Shown: piece after piece, positions 1-11,050 of the stretch
How positions within the stretch are numbered: position 1 is the first letter of the stretch
Layout: each line of letters starts with the position of its first letter
DNA from: Tubulanus polymorphus
Taxonomy: Eukaryota; Animalia; Nemertea
Assembly (NCBI RefSeq): GCF_964204645.1
Contig: NC_134033.1
Coordinates: forward strand, 6,286,231 to 6,350,230
Direction: 5' to 3'
DNA length: 64,000 nucleotides
Program-made: the position numbers and the translations under genes
Notes under the pieces: model-generated
Told to the model about the DNA's origin: nothing
Seen by the model: only the letters and a program-made list of their open reading frames with translations
Databases searched by the model: none

Positions 1-298
1 ATAAATGATGCAGCTTTTGGGCAAAAGGGATCTAACTAAATTTCTTTTTAAATCACTGTGGAATGGAATGGATTGACGCCAACGGCATGCAGTAGGCCCC
101 TACATATGGGTCATACTAATTAGCGTCAACCAATTAATCTAAATCGGGCAAACCATTCAACAACTATGAATAAGTTATTTGCTGTGGTGTGATAATAATT
201 AGTTTTTTTTTAAAAAAAATGACATACCAACTATTAGAAAAATGTACCGATTCTTATTTTCAGACTACTACTGAATCTATAAAAGGAGGAGTCATAGA

Positions 299-515
299 TG
301 TGGGCTATGATTGCCACATTAAATGGTCCAGGTTTGAGTAAAATAAGCAAGACCGCCGGATAGGTGAACAACGACCAATATGTTTGGTGTCTAAGTAAAC
401 TCTGATTTATTTATCTACTCGCTACAGCATAAGTTCATGCGGGGCTTACATAGGCGGGGTTACATGAACTGAGGGGAGTGCGTTACTGGTAACTGACATA
501 TAACAATTCCCGACA
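299..515 (-). repeat. 3' LTR of BEL/Pao element
   Basis: TGTGGGC...CCCGACA, matches 6114-6330 at 216/217; on the minus strand it is preceded by the purine-rich CCCGGGAGAA (PPT-like). Confidence 0.95.
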
Positions 516-777
516 TTCTCCCGGGCGACAGAAAATTACTAGATAGATGTAATTAAGAAAAATGTTACTACAACTAAATAATATCGATATTCGAATAAAT
601 GATGCATGTATATTGTTATAAATTTATGATAGTCAGATAAGGAACTACTGACAACTAAAAATGATGTGTATAATTGAAATTAATTCTAAAACTAAGATTA
701 TAAAGTCTACTACATTGCGTTGTGTTTGTTGTTTAGGTCCGAGTGACCTAGCGTTGACCTGAGCGGTTATCAATTAA

Positions 778-3700
778 TTAACTACTACATGTATCAGACA
801 GCACGTTAGCCCATCTACTGATGTTATTTCTAGCCTCGGCAGCTGCCTTTCTCGTCGAATGACGTGTGACGGGTGCAGAATTTACGTTTGAGTCCGGTTT
901 GCACGTGTTCGAGGGATCTGCGGCGCGCACTTCAAGAGGGTAGAGTTTGCTAATTGGTCGATTAGTTCTGCCATTCGAAATTTTGATCTTAGCGGTTCTA
1001 ACTAAGCCGTCGTTCCCCGGAACGAGTTCCTCGACCAGTGCTAGTCTCCATTTCAGACGCGAATTATGATTGTCGTCGTGTACTAACACGACATCACCCT
1101 TTCTGATGGTATTTCCAGTTAATCCGCGACTTTTAAATTGGATGTGTCTTTCGCGTAGGGCTGTTACGTATTCCTCAGCCCAACGTTTCCACAGATGTTG
1201 TTTTAATGAACCGATTCGCACCGAACGTTTTTCAAATTCTGACGGCATATTTCCAAGCGTCGGGTCGGTCAGTTCATCGTAACTTACGAACAGATGCGGT
1301 AAACTCGTGAGAACGCGACCGTGAAGGAAATGTGACGGGGTTAAAGGTTCTGGGTCGTCCACATCAGATGAACAGTACGATATCGGGCGATTATTTACAG
1401 CTTGTTCAGTCTCTGATACGATCGTAATCAATTCCAGCAGGGATATTCGCGCACGCCCCAGAACTTTTTTGATCGCGGTTTTTGTTATTCCAACTAGCCT
1501 TTCGTAAAATCCACCAAACCAGGGGGCTCGACGAGTTATCATGACCCACTCTGATCGGTGTAGGCTGAAGTACTTTCGGGTTTCGATCGATTCGTATATC
1601 TTTTTGATAGCATTGTTACTCGCAATAAAGGTTGATTGGTTGTCCGATATTATTTTCTGTGGTAACGAACGTCTGGCAGCCATTCTCCTCAACGCGTGTA
1701 GGAATGTTGACGTAGTCATGTCCGTTACCACTTCCAGATGGATGGCACGCGTGTTCGCGCAAGTAAACAAGCATATATACGCGAGTGACTCCTCCCCGGA
1801 TTTCGACCGAAGATGTAGTGCACCGGTGAAATCTAAACCACAGACGGTGAAGGGTGGAGCCTCTTTCAAACGCGAAGATTGTAACGGAGCGCAGTTTGGT
1901 AACGAGTACGGTTTACCGGTGATATATTTGCATATGACGCATTTTCTCAACAACTTCCGAGCCACTTGACGAACACGAGTAATCCAATACTTTTGTCGGA
2001 CTACGGTTATAGTAGATTCTGTACCGAGGTGTTTGACCTTATTATGGGAATCCAGTACGATTAATTCACTATATCTACAATGAGGTAACAATATCGGAAA
2101 CTTTGCATCGTATCCGATGGGCGCGTTATGGAGACGGCCTCCAACACGAATGATATCATCTTCTAAAAACAAACGAAGTTTCTTTACAAGTGATGGCCTT
2201 TTCTTAGATTTATGTTCTAAACTAACTTTCACGTCATTGAAGTAACTCGATTGAACACCTTTGTTCCATAGATCTTCGCATTCTGCTATTTCGTTAGCAG
2301 TTATTTCATCCGATTCATGGTTTTCGCGTCTTAACTTTTTAATAAATCGTCGAACTAGCGCGGTTACGCGTAATAGCCTTGTTAACGAAGTGAAATCGTT
2401 CTGATCTATTACGTTACACATTCCGACTTCGTTGTTTTCGCAGATTTTTTCGTCAGGCTGTTTGTCCTCGTCCATTTCGGTTATGAGCAAAACTGCTCGA
2501 TCGATCGTGTCGCAGGTGGGATAATTACCGTTGCTAAGCCAGCTAGGGCCATTCCACCAGAGCGTGCATCGCGTAATTTGTTCGCACGATATTCCTCTGC
2601 TTAACATATCAGCCGGATTGTCACTCGTCGGACAATATTTATAGCGACCGATAGTTGTCACCGATTTAATTTGACGCACGCGATTAGCTACGAAGACGGG
2701 AAGCTTTTTCTCGGAGTTGATCCAGTGTAACACAATCTGGCTATCTGACCAGAGCACGCACTTTGTTATGACTATTTCAGTAATCAGACTGTTTCGAACG
2801 TAATCTGTTAATTTAGCACCAATCAACGCGGCCATTAATTCTAACTGCGGTATCGTATGTTTTTTAACAGGTGCCACACGCGATTTAGACATGACGAGTA
2901 CCGTCTGATCTCCACGTTTTAGATAGACGCAAGCGCCGTATGCCAATTGGCTCGCATCGCAGAAAGTGTGCAATTCGTACTTAGCTTCCGATTTCGCTTC
3001 CGATTTCGAGTAGCGTCGATCAACGCGTATTTCGCTAATTTCACGCAATTCCGTTATCAACGAGATCCACGATTCGACTACGCGCTCGGGTAGGGTTTCG
3101 TCCCACTCATAACCTTCCGTCCACAACTGCTGTACGAACATCTTCGACTTAATATGGACAGGCGAGACGTATCCTAACGGGTCATAAAGGCTCGAGACAG
3201 CCTTAACGATTTCGCGTTTGGTAATCAAGTCAGGATTGGCGAACGCTTGTTTGTTTTTGAATGACAGCGTATCATTCACCGTATCCCATTGGAGTCCGAG
3301 CGCAGAAACAATAGTTTTCTCGTCCGATAAATTATCGGAATCTGCTTTGGCCTTTAGTAACGAAGAGTTAGAAGCATAAGACTGAAGTTTAAATCCGCCG
3401 TTTTTCATTATGCTATTGATATTCGTATAGTATTTCATGAGATCGCTCTCAGATTCACATCCACTAATCGCGTTGTCGACATATATATTTTTAACTAAGT
3501 CACGTGATACATGGTTATTATAATTATTTAGATGAAAACGAACAGTAGCATTCAATATAAAGGGTGAACTCACCACGCCGAACAATATAACCTTGAAGCG
3601 ATAGGTTTTGAGTTCACTTTCTGGATTCTTAGGATCAGTCAACCATAGAAATTTCGTATACTCGCGATCATCATCGTGCAGACCAACTTGAAGAAACGCC

Positions 3701-4806
3701 TTTTCGATATCCGCCGACAATCCGAATTTATGCAACCTGAATCTGATCAGGATTGAACCGAGGTCATTCAGCAGCGTCGGACCGGTCTCCAAACAATCAT
3801 TTAAACTAGGGTTTCCCGCGGTCGATAAAGACGCGTTATAGACGATACGGATAGGGGTTGTTGACGATTCCTTCTTGACCGCGCGATGCGGTAAATAATG
3901 ACCTATGTTTCGGTCATCATCTGTGACTTCTTCGATGAAGTCTCGCGATAATTGATCCATGATAATGTTGTGGTAAACATTTCGAATTTGCGGCGATAGC
4001 CGACGAATCATCGATTGTGTTATGTTTCGAGTAACATAGTAATTTGTCGGAAGGGGGGCGTGTCCACTCTTCCACGGCAACTTCGCAGTATACCGTCCCG
4101 TGTCGGATGTCGTCAGGCTTGATTGACAGTAGTCGAGTAGATTGAATTCTTTTGAAGCCGCATCTGTTGCATCAGTTACGCCTATGGATTCGAGATCCCA
4201 GAATTTTTGGAGGTTGACTTCCTCCGAACGATGTGACGTAACATCCACGTTGTAAACTCGTGCAGTATTTATTGGATCGCAATCACTAAACGGTCCAGAG
4301 AGAAGATACCCTAATTTCGAAGATACTGCCGTGGGTCCATTTCCGCGGATTGTGTGGTTACCGACCACTGACCAATAGAAATCGGCACCGATTAAAATGT
4401 CGATTTCGAAGTGTGATTCGGTAGAAAACGGATGCGCTAATTTCAAACCTGTCAGATACGGTAAATCTTTGATAGATCTGCCGGTTTGGTTTCGCATTGT
4501 CGACGCAATTTGTGGAACAATTAACGCCGTTATCGGTATGTCGGTTTCATCAGAACATAGTGTAAAGTTCGCAACAATCAGTGACCGCGCACTTGATTGT
4601 TTCGCGCCAAATGTGTTGATCGATATAGTTTCGGTTTCTTCACTGTTTATATATAATCTTTCGGCTGTTCTTTGAGTAATAAAACTCCGCTGAGCGCCCT
4701 CGTCGAACAAGATGTTTACGTTAGTCGTTACGCCTTCGCGACTTTTTGCGTTCGCGATAGCTGTTTTTAATAACACTGTTCCATCGGCGGCGCCCAGATA
4801 CTGATG
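778..4806 (-). CDS. pol: BEL/Pao Pol: aspartic protease, RT, RNase H (Pao peptidase A17 region), integrase
   Basis: Uninterrupted ORF: LFDEGAQRSFI (PR), ADIEKAF and YVDN (RT), FCDAS (RH), HHCC plus GLDFTG/SDN/YERLV (INT). The frame stays open back to the gag TGA at 4807-4809. Confidence 0.95.
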   Translation of the reverse strand, partial: HQYLGAADGTVLLKTAIANAKSREGVTTNVNILFDEGAQRSFITQRTAERLYINSEETETISINTFGAKQSSARSLIVANFTLCSDETDIPITALIVPQIASTMRNQTGRSIKDLPYLTGLKLAHPFSTESHFEIDILIGADFYWSVVGNHTIRGNGPTAVSSKLGYLLSGPFSDCDPINTARVYNVDVTSHRSEEVNLQKFWDLESIGVTDATDAASKEFNLLDYCQSSLTTSDTGRYTAKLPWKSGHAPLPTNYYVTRNITQSMIRRLSPQIRNVYHNIIMDQLSRDFIEEVTDDDRNIGHYLPHRAVKKESSTTPIRIVYNASLSTAGNPSLNDCLETGPTLLNDLGSILIRFRLHKFGLSADIEKAFLQVGLHDDDREYTKFLWLTDPKNPESELKTYRFKVILFGVVSSPFILNATVRFHLNNYNNHVSRDLVKNIYVDNAISGCESESDLMKYYTNINSIMKNGGFKLQSYASNSSLLKAKADSDNLSDEKTIVSALGLQWDTVNDTLSFKNKQAFANPDLITKREIVKAVSSLYDPLGYVSPVHIKSKMFVQQLWTEGYEWDETLPERVVESWISLITELREISEIRVDRRYSKSEAKSEAKYELHTFCDASQLAYGACVYLKRGDQTVLVMSKSRVAPVKKHTIPQLELMAALIGAKLTDYVRNSLITEIVITKCVLWSDSQIVLHWINSEKKLPVFVANRVRQIKSVTTIGRYKYCPTSDNPADMLSRGISCEQITRCTLWWNGPSWLSNGNYPTCDTIDRAVLLITEMDEDKQPDEKICENNEVGMCNVIDQNDFTSLTRLLRVTALVRRFIKKLRRENHESDEITANEIAECEDLWNKGVQSSYFNDVKVSLEHKSKKRPSLVKKLRLFLEDDIIRVGGRLHNAPIGYDAKFPILLPHCRYSELIVLDSHNKVKHLGTESTITVVRQKYWITRVRQVARKLLRKCVICKYITGKPYSLPNCAPLQSSRLKEAPPFTVCGLDFTGALHLRSKSGEESLAYICLFTCANTRAIHLEVVTDMTTSTFLHALRRMAARRSLPQKIISDNQSTFIASNNAIKKIYESIETRKYFSLHRSEWVMITRRAPWFGGFYERLVGITKTAIKKVLGRARISLLELITIVSETEQAVNNRPISYCSSDVDDPEPLTPSHFLHGRVLTSLPHLFVSYDELTDPTLGNMPSEFEKRSVRIGSLKQHLWKRWAEEYVTALRERHIQFKSRGLTGNTIRKGDVVLVHDDNHNSRLKWRLALVEELVPGNDGLVRTAKIKISNGRTNRPISKLYPLEVRAADPSNTCKPDSNVNSAPVTRHSTRKAAAEARNNISRWANVLSDTCSS

Positions 4807-6060
4807 TCAATCCCTGTCAGCTTTCTCATCGGTTGATTTTGCGGCCACAGGTGTGGTTGATTTTGCATCTAAATGAACTGATGTGTGATGCTTTTTGCCA
4901 CAGTTTGTAACTCTGCATCTGTTTTTCGATAAGCATTTCGTCGATTTGTGACCGCTCGAGAGACAATTAAAGCATAAATTATCCCTAGCAACAATTTCTC
5001 TGCGTTTTTCAGCATCTGGAAACGTTTTACAGTCCACCGCAACGTGATTGATCTTTTTGCAGAACGCACATTTTCGATCGTTTTCCCGTGAAAAATTATG
5101 TCTGTTTTTCGCCGTAACTGCGAACGCTCCCACGGTCGGCGAATTGGCGGGAAAATCATCCTCTATCGTAAGGCTTTCGATACTAGCCTCGAAGGCCTCA
5201 ATTTCTTTAAGGAGTGACTTTCTTAGATCAGTCAGGCTCCAAGCATTGTTACCGTGGTCTCTGGTAATCTGTTGTTTAGTTCCGCTCGGTAGTTTTTCCA
5301 TTATGATGGGTACTAACAGATCTCCGTACGATTCTTCGGATTTTCCGAGTGAATTTAATCCACGAATATAAGATTCCAGAGAGTCATAGAAATTCCGTAG
5401 TGAGTTGTCGCGATCACTCGGTGGTGAAAGCTCCCACAACGCTTTCATGTATGCGGCCACAATTTTGTGTGGTGTCCCGTACCGGTTTAACAAAAGTTCC
5501 AAAGCTTGATTATAATTTTCGTTTGTTAAACTCAGGTTTTCGATCGTTTTTGCAGCGTCGCCCTTTAGCTGTGCGGACAGATATTGGAACTTTTGGATAT
5601 TCGTTAAGTTCTCATCACTATCAACTGCCGAGAAAAACCCATCGAAGAACGTTTGCCATTTCAGAATATCGCCATCGAATGTTGGCAAAGATAACTTCGG
5701 CAACTGGATCGGTCTTTTCGCAGTTTTTTGATGCTCGGATTTCATGCGCGTTGTCGGTTCGATTTGATTCTTTTTCCGTTCGAGGTATCCGATGAAGGTT
5801 GATAGTTCGATGTTTATTTCGTTCATATAATCATCGGTTTCACATACGAGGTCTTCGAGTTTCCCTAACTCTGCGTTCGCAATCAGTTCCGAATCATATC
5901 CTGCGATAACTTCCAATTTTGTACGTATTCTAGTTATGACGCCAGACAATTTGTCTAGGCTTTCGTCACTTTCCGAATGAAGTAAATCCCTCGCCTGATC
6001 AAAAAGTTTCGTCATCTGTCGAATTTGCGCATTTCGCATTATCTCTTCTTTCGACGGCAT
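4807..6060 (-). CDS. gag: BEL/Pao Gag
   Basis: 417 aa; LPKLSLPTFDGD...WQTF motif typical of Pao gag; three C-terminal CCHC/CCHH knuckles (CAFC..H...C, CFNC...H...C, C....C...HH). Confidence 0.93.
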   Translation of the reverse strand: MPSKEEIMRNAQIRQMTKLFDQARDLLHSESDESLDKLSGVITRIRTKLEVIAGYDSELIANAELGKLEDLVCETDDYMNEINIELSTFIGYLERKKNQIEPTTRMKSEHQKTAKRPIQLPKLSLPTFDGDILKWQTFFDGFFSAVDSDENLTNIQKFQYLSAQLKGDAAKTIENLSLTNENYNQALELLLNRYGTPHKIVAAYMKALWELSPPSDRDNSLRNFYDSLESYIRGLNSLGKSEESYGDLLVPIIMEKLPSGTKQQITRDHGNNAWSLTDLRKSLLKEIEAFEASIESLTIEDDFPANSPTVGAFAVTAKNRHNFSRENDRKCAFCKKINHVAVDCKTFPDAEKRREIVARDNLCFNCLSSGHKSTKCLSKNRCRVTNCGKKHHTSVHLDAKSTTPVAAKSTDEKADRD

Positions 6061-6092
6061 CTTGGCTGAGTTTCTGAATTTACTGCTTGTAT

Positions 6093-6111
6093 ATCCTGGT
6101 CACGGCACCAA
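6093..6111 (-). promoter_or_regulatory. Primer binding site, tRNA-His type
   Basis: Minus strand TGGTGCCGTGACCAGGAT starts 2 nt inside the 5' LTR; complementary to the tRNA-His 3' end (...GTCACGGCACCA). Confidence 0.8.
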
Positions 6112-6113
6112 AA

Positions 6114-6330
6114 TGTGGGCTATGATTGCCACATTAAATGGTCCAGGTTTGAGTAAAATAAGCAAGACCGCCGGAGAGGTGAACAACGACCAATATGTTT
6201 GGTGTCTAAGTAAACTCTGATTTATTTATCTACTCGCTACAGCATAAGTTCATGCGGGGCTTACATAGGCGGGGTTACATGAACTGAGGGGAGTGCGTTA
6301 CTGGTAACTGACATATAACAATTCCCGACA
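6114..6330 (-). repeat. 5' LTR of BEL/Pao element
   Basis: 217-bp copy of 299-515, followed by TSD ATAGA. Confidence 0.95.
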
Positions 6331-7740
6331 ATAGACAAAGTTGATTTGCTTAGCTGGAGACACTTCTTGTCAAGTACATCATCTCAAGTACTGGGTGTTT
6401 TGTAAGTTTAATTTCAGTATTTATTTACTAAGTGCTGTTCCCTCGGACGTCAGTGCTTCAAACTAGGCCCACCCCATAGGCTATATAGTCCAGGGTGTAT
6501 TAGCCACTATTCTTTTATTTCCTACTTAAATGCACCTTCTTCTATTTTTAGACTCAGACTTAGAATGCGCAAATTTTTTGAGATACTGAGAAATCAGCTG
6601 GCACCAGTAAACTTCAACTGCGAAATTTTCAGCAGGATAGCTGAACGACACAATGTTTAAAAATAAAATGGCTATTCGAATGCTATTTCAATAATAACTT
6701 GATTCAACCAGAGAGAAATAAGTCAATTGCGGATGTACAGTACACCCACTTTTCTTCCCTGTTTCCTGGTACCAAATTTTTAGTCTTAAGCTAAGCGATA
6801 TTCTAAGGTATGCTAGTGGATTTCATTAGAATATGAAGCAATGGAACCAGAATTCTAGCCCGAGTTAAGCGAACTTTTGATTCTGATATAATGTAAGAAC
6901 TGATTTCCTTTGTGTACTCTTGCAAAATGTGTTATGTATTATTTCAAGCTGTTAAATAATATAGTTAGACAAACGTCCAATTATTGAATCTTTCTTAGTT
7001 GACTCGTTTAATTTTGTGAGTTTAGAGTTCCAGTCAATCCACAATGTGCAGTGCCTAGCCTTCATCTACACTAAAGCCATGCCTGTGTATGGGAAAATGT
7101 CATTCGACTCCTATAAGCCAGACAAATCAAAGCATGCAATACATTGCAGATAGTAGTCTCTGGCAAGTTGAAAGAGAAAGTAAACCAGGTTTTACCCCGT
7201 ACCCTACCCGGGAACAAAGACACTTAAAAACTCCTTCCTCCTTGTAGAAGTATGGCACCCAATCGTAGCAATGCTAAGTACAGTATACTATGACGGTTGA
7301 ACCTTTATTAACGAATTTCAATGACACCGAAAATAGAATCAAGATACTCATAAGTTCCATGCTAGCACTTTATTTGGGTTATCGGGTTCAGCCTAACTGT
7401 ACTTTCATTCAGCTACAACTTGTATGAGACTTGGCAATGATAAGTTGCAAGAAATCACCAAACATAAGAAAAAATATTTTGAATTAATATTACTGTAATT
7501 AAGAATTTATTCAAATGAAGTGATAACTTCATTGTTAGATCGTACCGATATATGCACATAAAACTATGGCAAAAAACACATCTAACAATCCACGCAATCC
7601 GCAATCGATCAAGTCGAACATGACGACGACCTTAAGGCATGTCTCTGTAACTGAAGGTAGAGCATAAAACACGGTTCAGTACTCGTCAGCGGACACCGGC
7701 CCGGAAAACATTTCAAAACGTGTATTGTCGGTACCTAGCA

Positions 7741-7856
7741 CGATTTCAGCGTTTTTCGGGAATTCCCTGAAATTTCGGCGTTTTTCGGAAATTCCCTGAA
7801 ATTTCAGCGTTTTTATTTCAGCGTTTCAGCTTTTCAGTGTTTCAGCTTTTTCAGCG
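7741..7856. repeat. Short tandem repeats (ATTTCAGCGTTTTTCGGGAATTCCCTGAA-type and TTTCAGC subunits)
   Basis: About two 29-bp units followed by degenerate TTTCAGC repeats. Confidence 0.6.
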
Positions 7857-8259
7857 AAGGTTAGGAACCGGTTCTTGATACATTTTAACCATCTACTCGT
7901 ATTATCATTATTAAATAAGGACTGTTGGTACAAAACCTTGTACATAAAAGAAGAAAGCTTATTATGCTTATTCAACAATTTCCTCCAAAATTTGCTCCAG
8001 AAAAAGAATGTTAGAAAGTGAGGATGAACTTATTACCCCCAGAAACCACTCTCACCTGAAGTGAAGGTACTAAATCTATCGCTCGATCATTTGCCTGTAG
8101 CCCATACAAGAAAAATATTTGAGATGAATTTAAGTTGATCTCATTTTTGATATATATGTCAATACATATATCAACTAATTATATTCTATTTTTAAAATTT
8201 TCTTCAGTTTATTTCGTGTAAAGGAGAACGTAGTATATCATACTTGTTTGAAATCGTGT

Positions 8260-9210
8260 TTATCTCACGGAACTTCTACAGCGGAGTTTCATACAGAAAT
8301 ATTCACGAATTTCTCGTCCCAGTAAAAGATATATGTAAAAATTCACGACATAATTACACATTTGAAACTGTGCAAAAATGTCGTAGAGAATATTTCTCTG
8401 TTCCGATGAGATTGGCAACAATGAAGTTATAGTGTTTGGAAGTGTAAAAGTAGCAAATGCGAGTGAAACTGTTACAAGCATTATTGTTATACGTTTTGAT
8501 TTTGTAGTTTTCTGATCATACGAAACCATTTTTGAACCTCTGAACAATTCAAATATTATAACAGAATTTGATGTTAGAATCACAGATAAAGGCAGAACGA
8601 AAACATGGATGACAAAAACTGCAAAATATGTTATTTGGTCAACTAATTCATAGAAACATCCAACAAACTGGTCAGTAAAACGTATCGACAAAGCAGGTGT
8701 GAGATACAGAACCAGTGCATTCACTGAAGTAATAATCAATGTAGCAAATCTAGCGAATCTCGGTGAACATATCAAACGAGAGGTGAACGGGAAGAGCACA
8801 ATGGCTGCACGTTCTAGAGATATAGCTACTATCAACCATGAACTATTGCTGACCGCAAGTGCCATCAAAAACTCATAAATTTTACAACTAATCAGTGAAT
8901 TCATGATGGATATAGCACCAGTATTTAGATGAAAAAAAACGAACTGTAAAACAGGCATCAGCGTAAAGTTGATACAGAACATAAAGTCACTGAGAGACAA
9001 AACAATTAGATAGTTAGCGTAAGATAAACTGCGGAATCTTCGACTTATCATAATGAGGAAAGTAGCCGAATTTCCAAACGCTCCAAACAGGAATACGACA
9101 GGCAGAAAGATCAGTGACACTGTGCGGTAGATTCCAGACCTGTTCACCACCGACATGAGGATGATGTTACTGCAATACGTACCACCGATCTGCATCTGAG
9201 TAGAATTCAT
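8260..9210 (-). CDS. Intronless rhodopsin-family (class A) GPCR, peptide-receptor-like/chemoreceptor-like, paralog 1
   Basis: Seven hydrophobic segments; GN (TM1), LSLSD (TM2), SLERA (DRY variant), FxxFxLP (TM6), NYVVNFYIY (TM7). ATG at 9210 (MNSTQ) matches the paralog start at 43703. Confidence 0.9.
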   Translation of the reverse strand: MNSTQMQIGGTYCSNIILMSVVNRSGIYRTVSLIFLPVVFLFGAFGNSATFLIMISRRFRSLSYANYLIVLSLSDFMFCINFTLMPVLQFVFFHLNTGAISIMNSLISCKIYEFLMALAVSNSSWLIVAISLERAAIVLFPFTSRLICSPRFARFATLIITSVNALVLYLTPALSIRFTDQFVGCFYELVDQITYFAVFVIHVFVLPLSVILTSNSVIIFELFRGSKMVSYDQKTTKSKRITIMLVTVSLAFATFTLPNTITSLLPISSEQRNILYDIFAQFQMCNYVVNFYIYLLLGREIREYFCMKLRCRSSVR

Positions 9211-9755
9211 GATTTCATAATGATTAGCTGTTGAAGGCGTGGACTGGTGTATCAATAGACGCAAATAATATCTTATTATTGAAGCTCACAATTTATTGTC
9301 CGCATCAAATTAAAAAAAGAAAGTCAACTCTCAGAAACCTTACACAATTCATTCCGATTTTGTGAACGTTTATTATTGTACGACATATAAATGTAACTGA
9401 ATTAGATATCAATATCCATTGTACACGAATTGATCGTAAATGGTCAAATAAGTAAACGGGTTGCGATATATCTATCAGTTCAATACTGAAAACATAGGTC
9501 AAAAAGCGATGGTTTATTATTCAACCACATAGATACCCAGGACAGGAGTTATCAAGGCCAGGGTTCTTATCTTAAAAGAGAATCTTTGTCTGTATTCCAT
9601 TCCAATCTACATGTATAACCAGGCTCAATTTTAGAGGAAGGTAAAAACATGGTGCAACTCGAATTTGTGAATGCTTTATCGAACATGAATTGAGTCAAAC
9701 AAAAATTGTTTATGAATGCAGCACTCGAATAAATGGAATTGACAAATAAATTGGG

Positions 9756-9910
9756 TCATGCTAAAGTACGGAACGACGAAATTACGACATACGAAACGAG
9801 ACGAAGTGCGAAATGAACTTTGAAATGCAAAACGAAATAACGAAATGATTTTTTGTTGCGAGAAATACGAAACAAAATGGTCATATTTCAAACACAACCA
9901 TACTATAGTC
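9756..9910 (+). repeat. Dispersed ACGAAAT-rich repeat family (other copies ~14010-14178 plus, ~14930-15090 minus)
   Basis: Shared GCTAAAGTACG...ACGAAAT...ATGGTCAYATTTCAAACAC...CATACTATRGTC blocks. Confidence 0.7.
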
Positions 9911-10102
9911 GTAATAGGGATAATAGGCTTTCATACCAAAGGTCGAGAGGTCGAGAAATTTTCCAAATGTGAAAATAACAATAATTTCTACTTGAATTAG
10001 TCGCGTACACTCCTAATTCAAGTAGAAATTATTATTATTTTAACATTTGGAAAATTTCTCAACCACTCAAGCTTTGATATGAAAGCCTATTATCCCTATT
10101 AC
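9911..10102. repeat. 192-bp terminal palindrome (90-bp arms, 12-nt loop)
   Basis: Arms 9911-10000 and 10013-10102 are colinear reverse complements (83/90 by eye); loop TCGCGTACACTC. A truncated inverted copy lies at 13132-13267. Confidence 0.92.
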
Positions 10103-10297
10103 TCTTAAAATATTCATATACATAATTAAAATATATATGAATAACATATAAAAGTTATTAGAAAAGTAGGCTTTCAGATCAGAGTACGAGAGTACGAGCT
10201 CTTATAGAATAGATATATAGATATATTTTAAACATTATTTCAATATTTATATTTGTATGAGTTAGATTTTTAAACATTAAAAGTGTGAGTAAAGTGT

Positions 10298-10519
10298 GAG
10301 TGAAATAATTCATATTTAAAACAGTTAATATTTATATTTATATGTGTTAAATTCTTATTTTCAGTATAAAAGTAACGAGTAATTAACGAGTGAAATAATT
10401 CATATTTAAAACAGTTAATATTTATATTTATATGTGTTAAATTCTTATTTTCAGTATAAAAGTAACGAGTAATTAACGAGTGAAATAATTCATATTTAAA
10501 ACAGTGAATATTTATATTT
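10298..10519. repeat. 90-bp tandem repeats inside the left inverted repeat (variant array at ~12640-12965)
   Basis: GAGTGAAATAATTCATATTTAAAACAG recurs at 90-bp spacing (10301, 10391, 10481). Confidence 0.85.
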
Positions 10520-11050
10520 GAATGAGTTTTAATAAAAATTTTGTTATGAAAAATGAAGAAGAACCCAACTTTAAAATCGATGAAACCAATAAATCATTTT
10601 CACAGTTTAACATTAAAAATTATATTTCAGCAACAAATTTAGTGTCCGCAAGACATTATAAAATTGAAAATATTACTGTAATTAATCAAATATTATCAAA
10701 TGAAACATATTTAATTACTAAACTAATTGATACTTTACTAATACTAACTTATTTAACTTATTGTTTTTTTATTTAAATCTTTTTGATTTCTATTCACGCT
10801 ATTGGTTAACAAGAATTGACTAGAATTCAAATAGATTTAACAAGAAATTCAATAACTTGAACTGTTAGTATCACTCTTGTATTATTTCATTGTTTCTCTT
10901 ATTGAATAAGCCAACTAACTAATATCACTCTTGTATTATCCTAGTAATAATTTTGAACCTTTATTATTCTTTAATTTATTCATATATTAGTTGAAAATAA
11001 AAATAAATTGTTTGAAAATTGTATAAAATAATAGTTAATAAAAAAGGGTT

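Larger units (their letters stand above)
299..6330 (-). mobile_element. Complete BEL/Pao LTR retrotransposon, recent insertion
   Basis: Two 217-bp TG...CA LTRs (299-515, 6114-6330) with one visible mismatch; 5-bp TSD ATAGA (294-298, 6331-6335); PBS and purine-rich PPT-like tract; gag-PR-RT-RH-INT order with Pao-type motifs. Confidence 0.97.

Noticed and set aside
262-298. Host exon interrupted by the BEL insertion (TTTTCAG acceptor-like)
   Set aside because: The rejoined sequence gives no convincing reading frame or partner exons.
1070-5795. Plus-strand ORFs inside the BEL element, and similar antisense ORFs in Maverick and LINE genes
   Set aside because: Antisense shadows of real coding sequence with no motifs.
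10298-10519. CRISPR-like array (also considered for 30649-30925)
   Set aside because: Units are tandem repeats without unique spacers; no cas genes; eukaryotic context.
10522-10776. 84-aa ORF as an independent gene
   Set aside because: It is the inverted-repeat copy of the 5' part of the 212-aa gene, truncated at the IR boundary.
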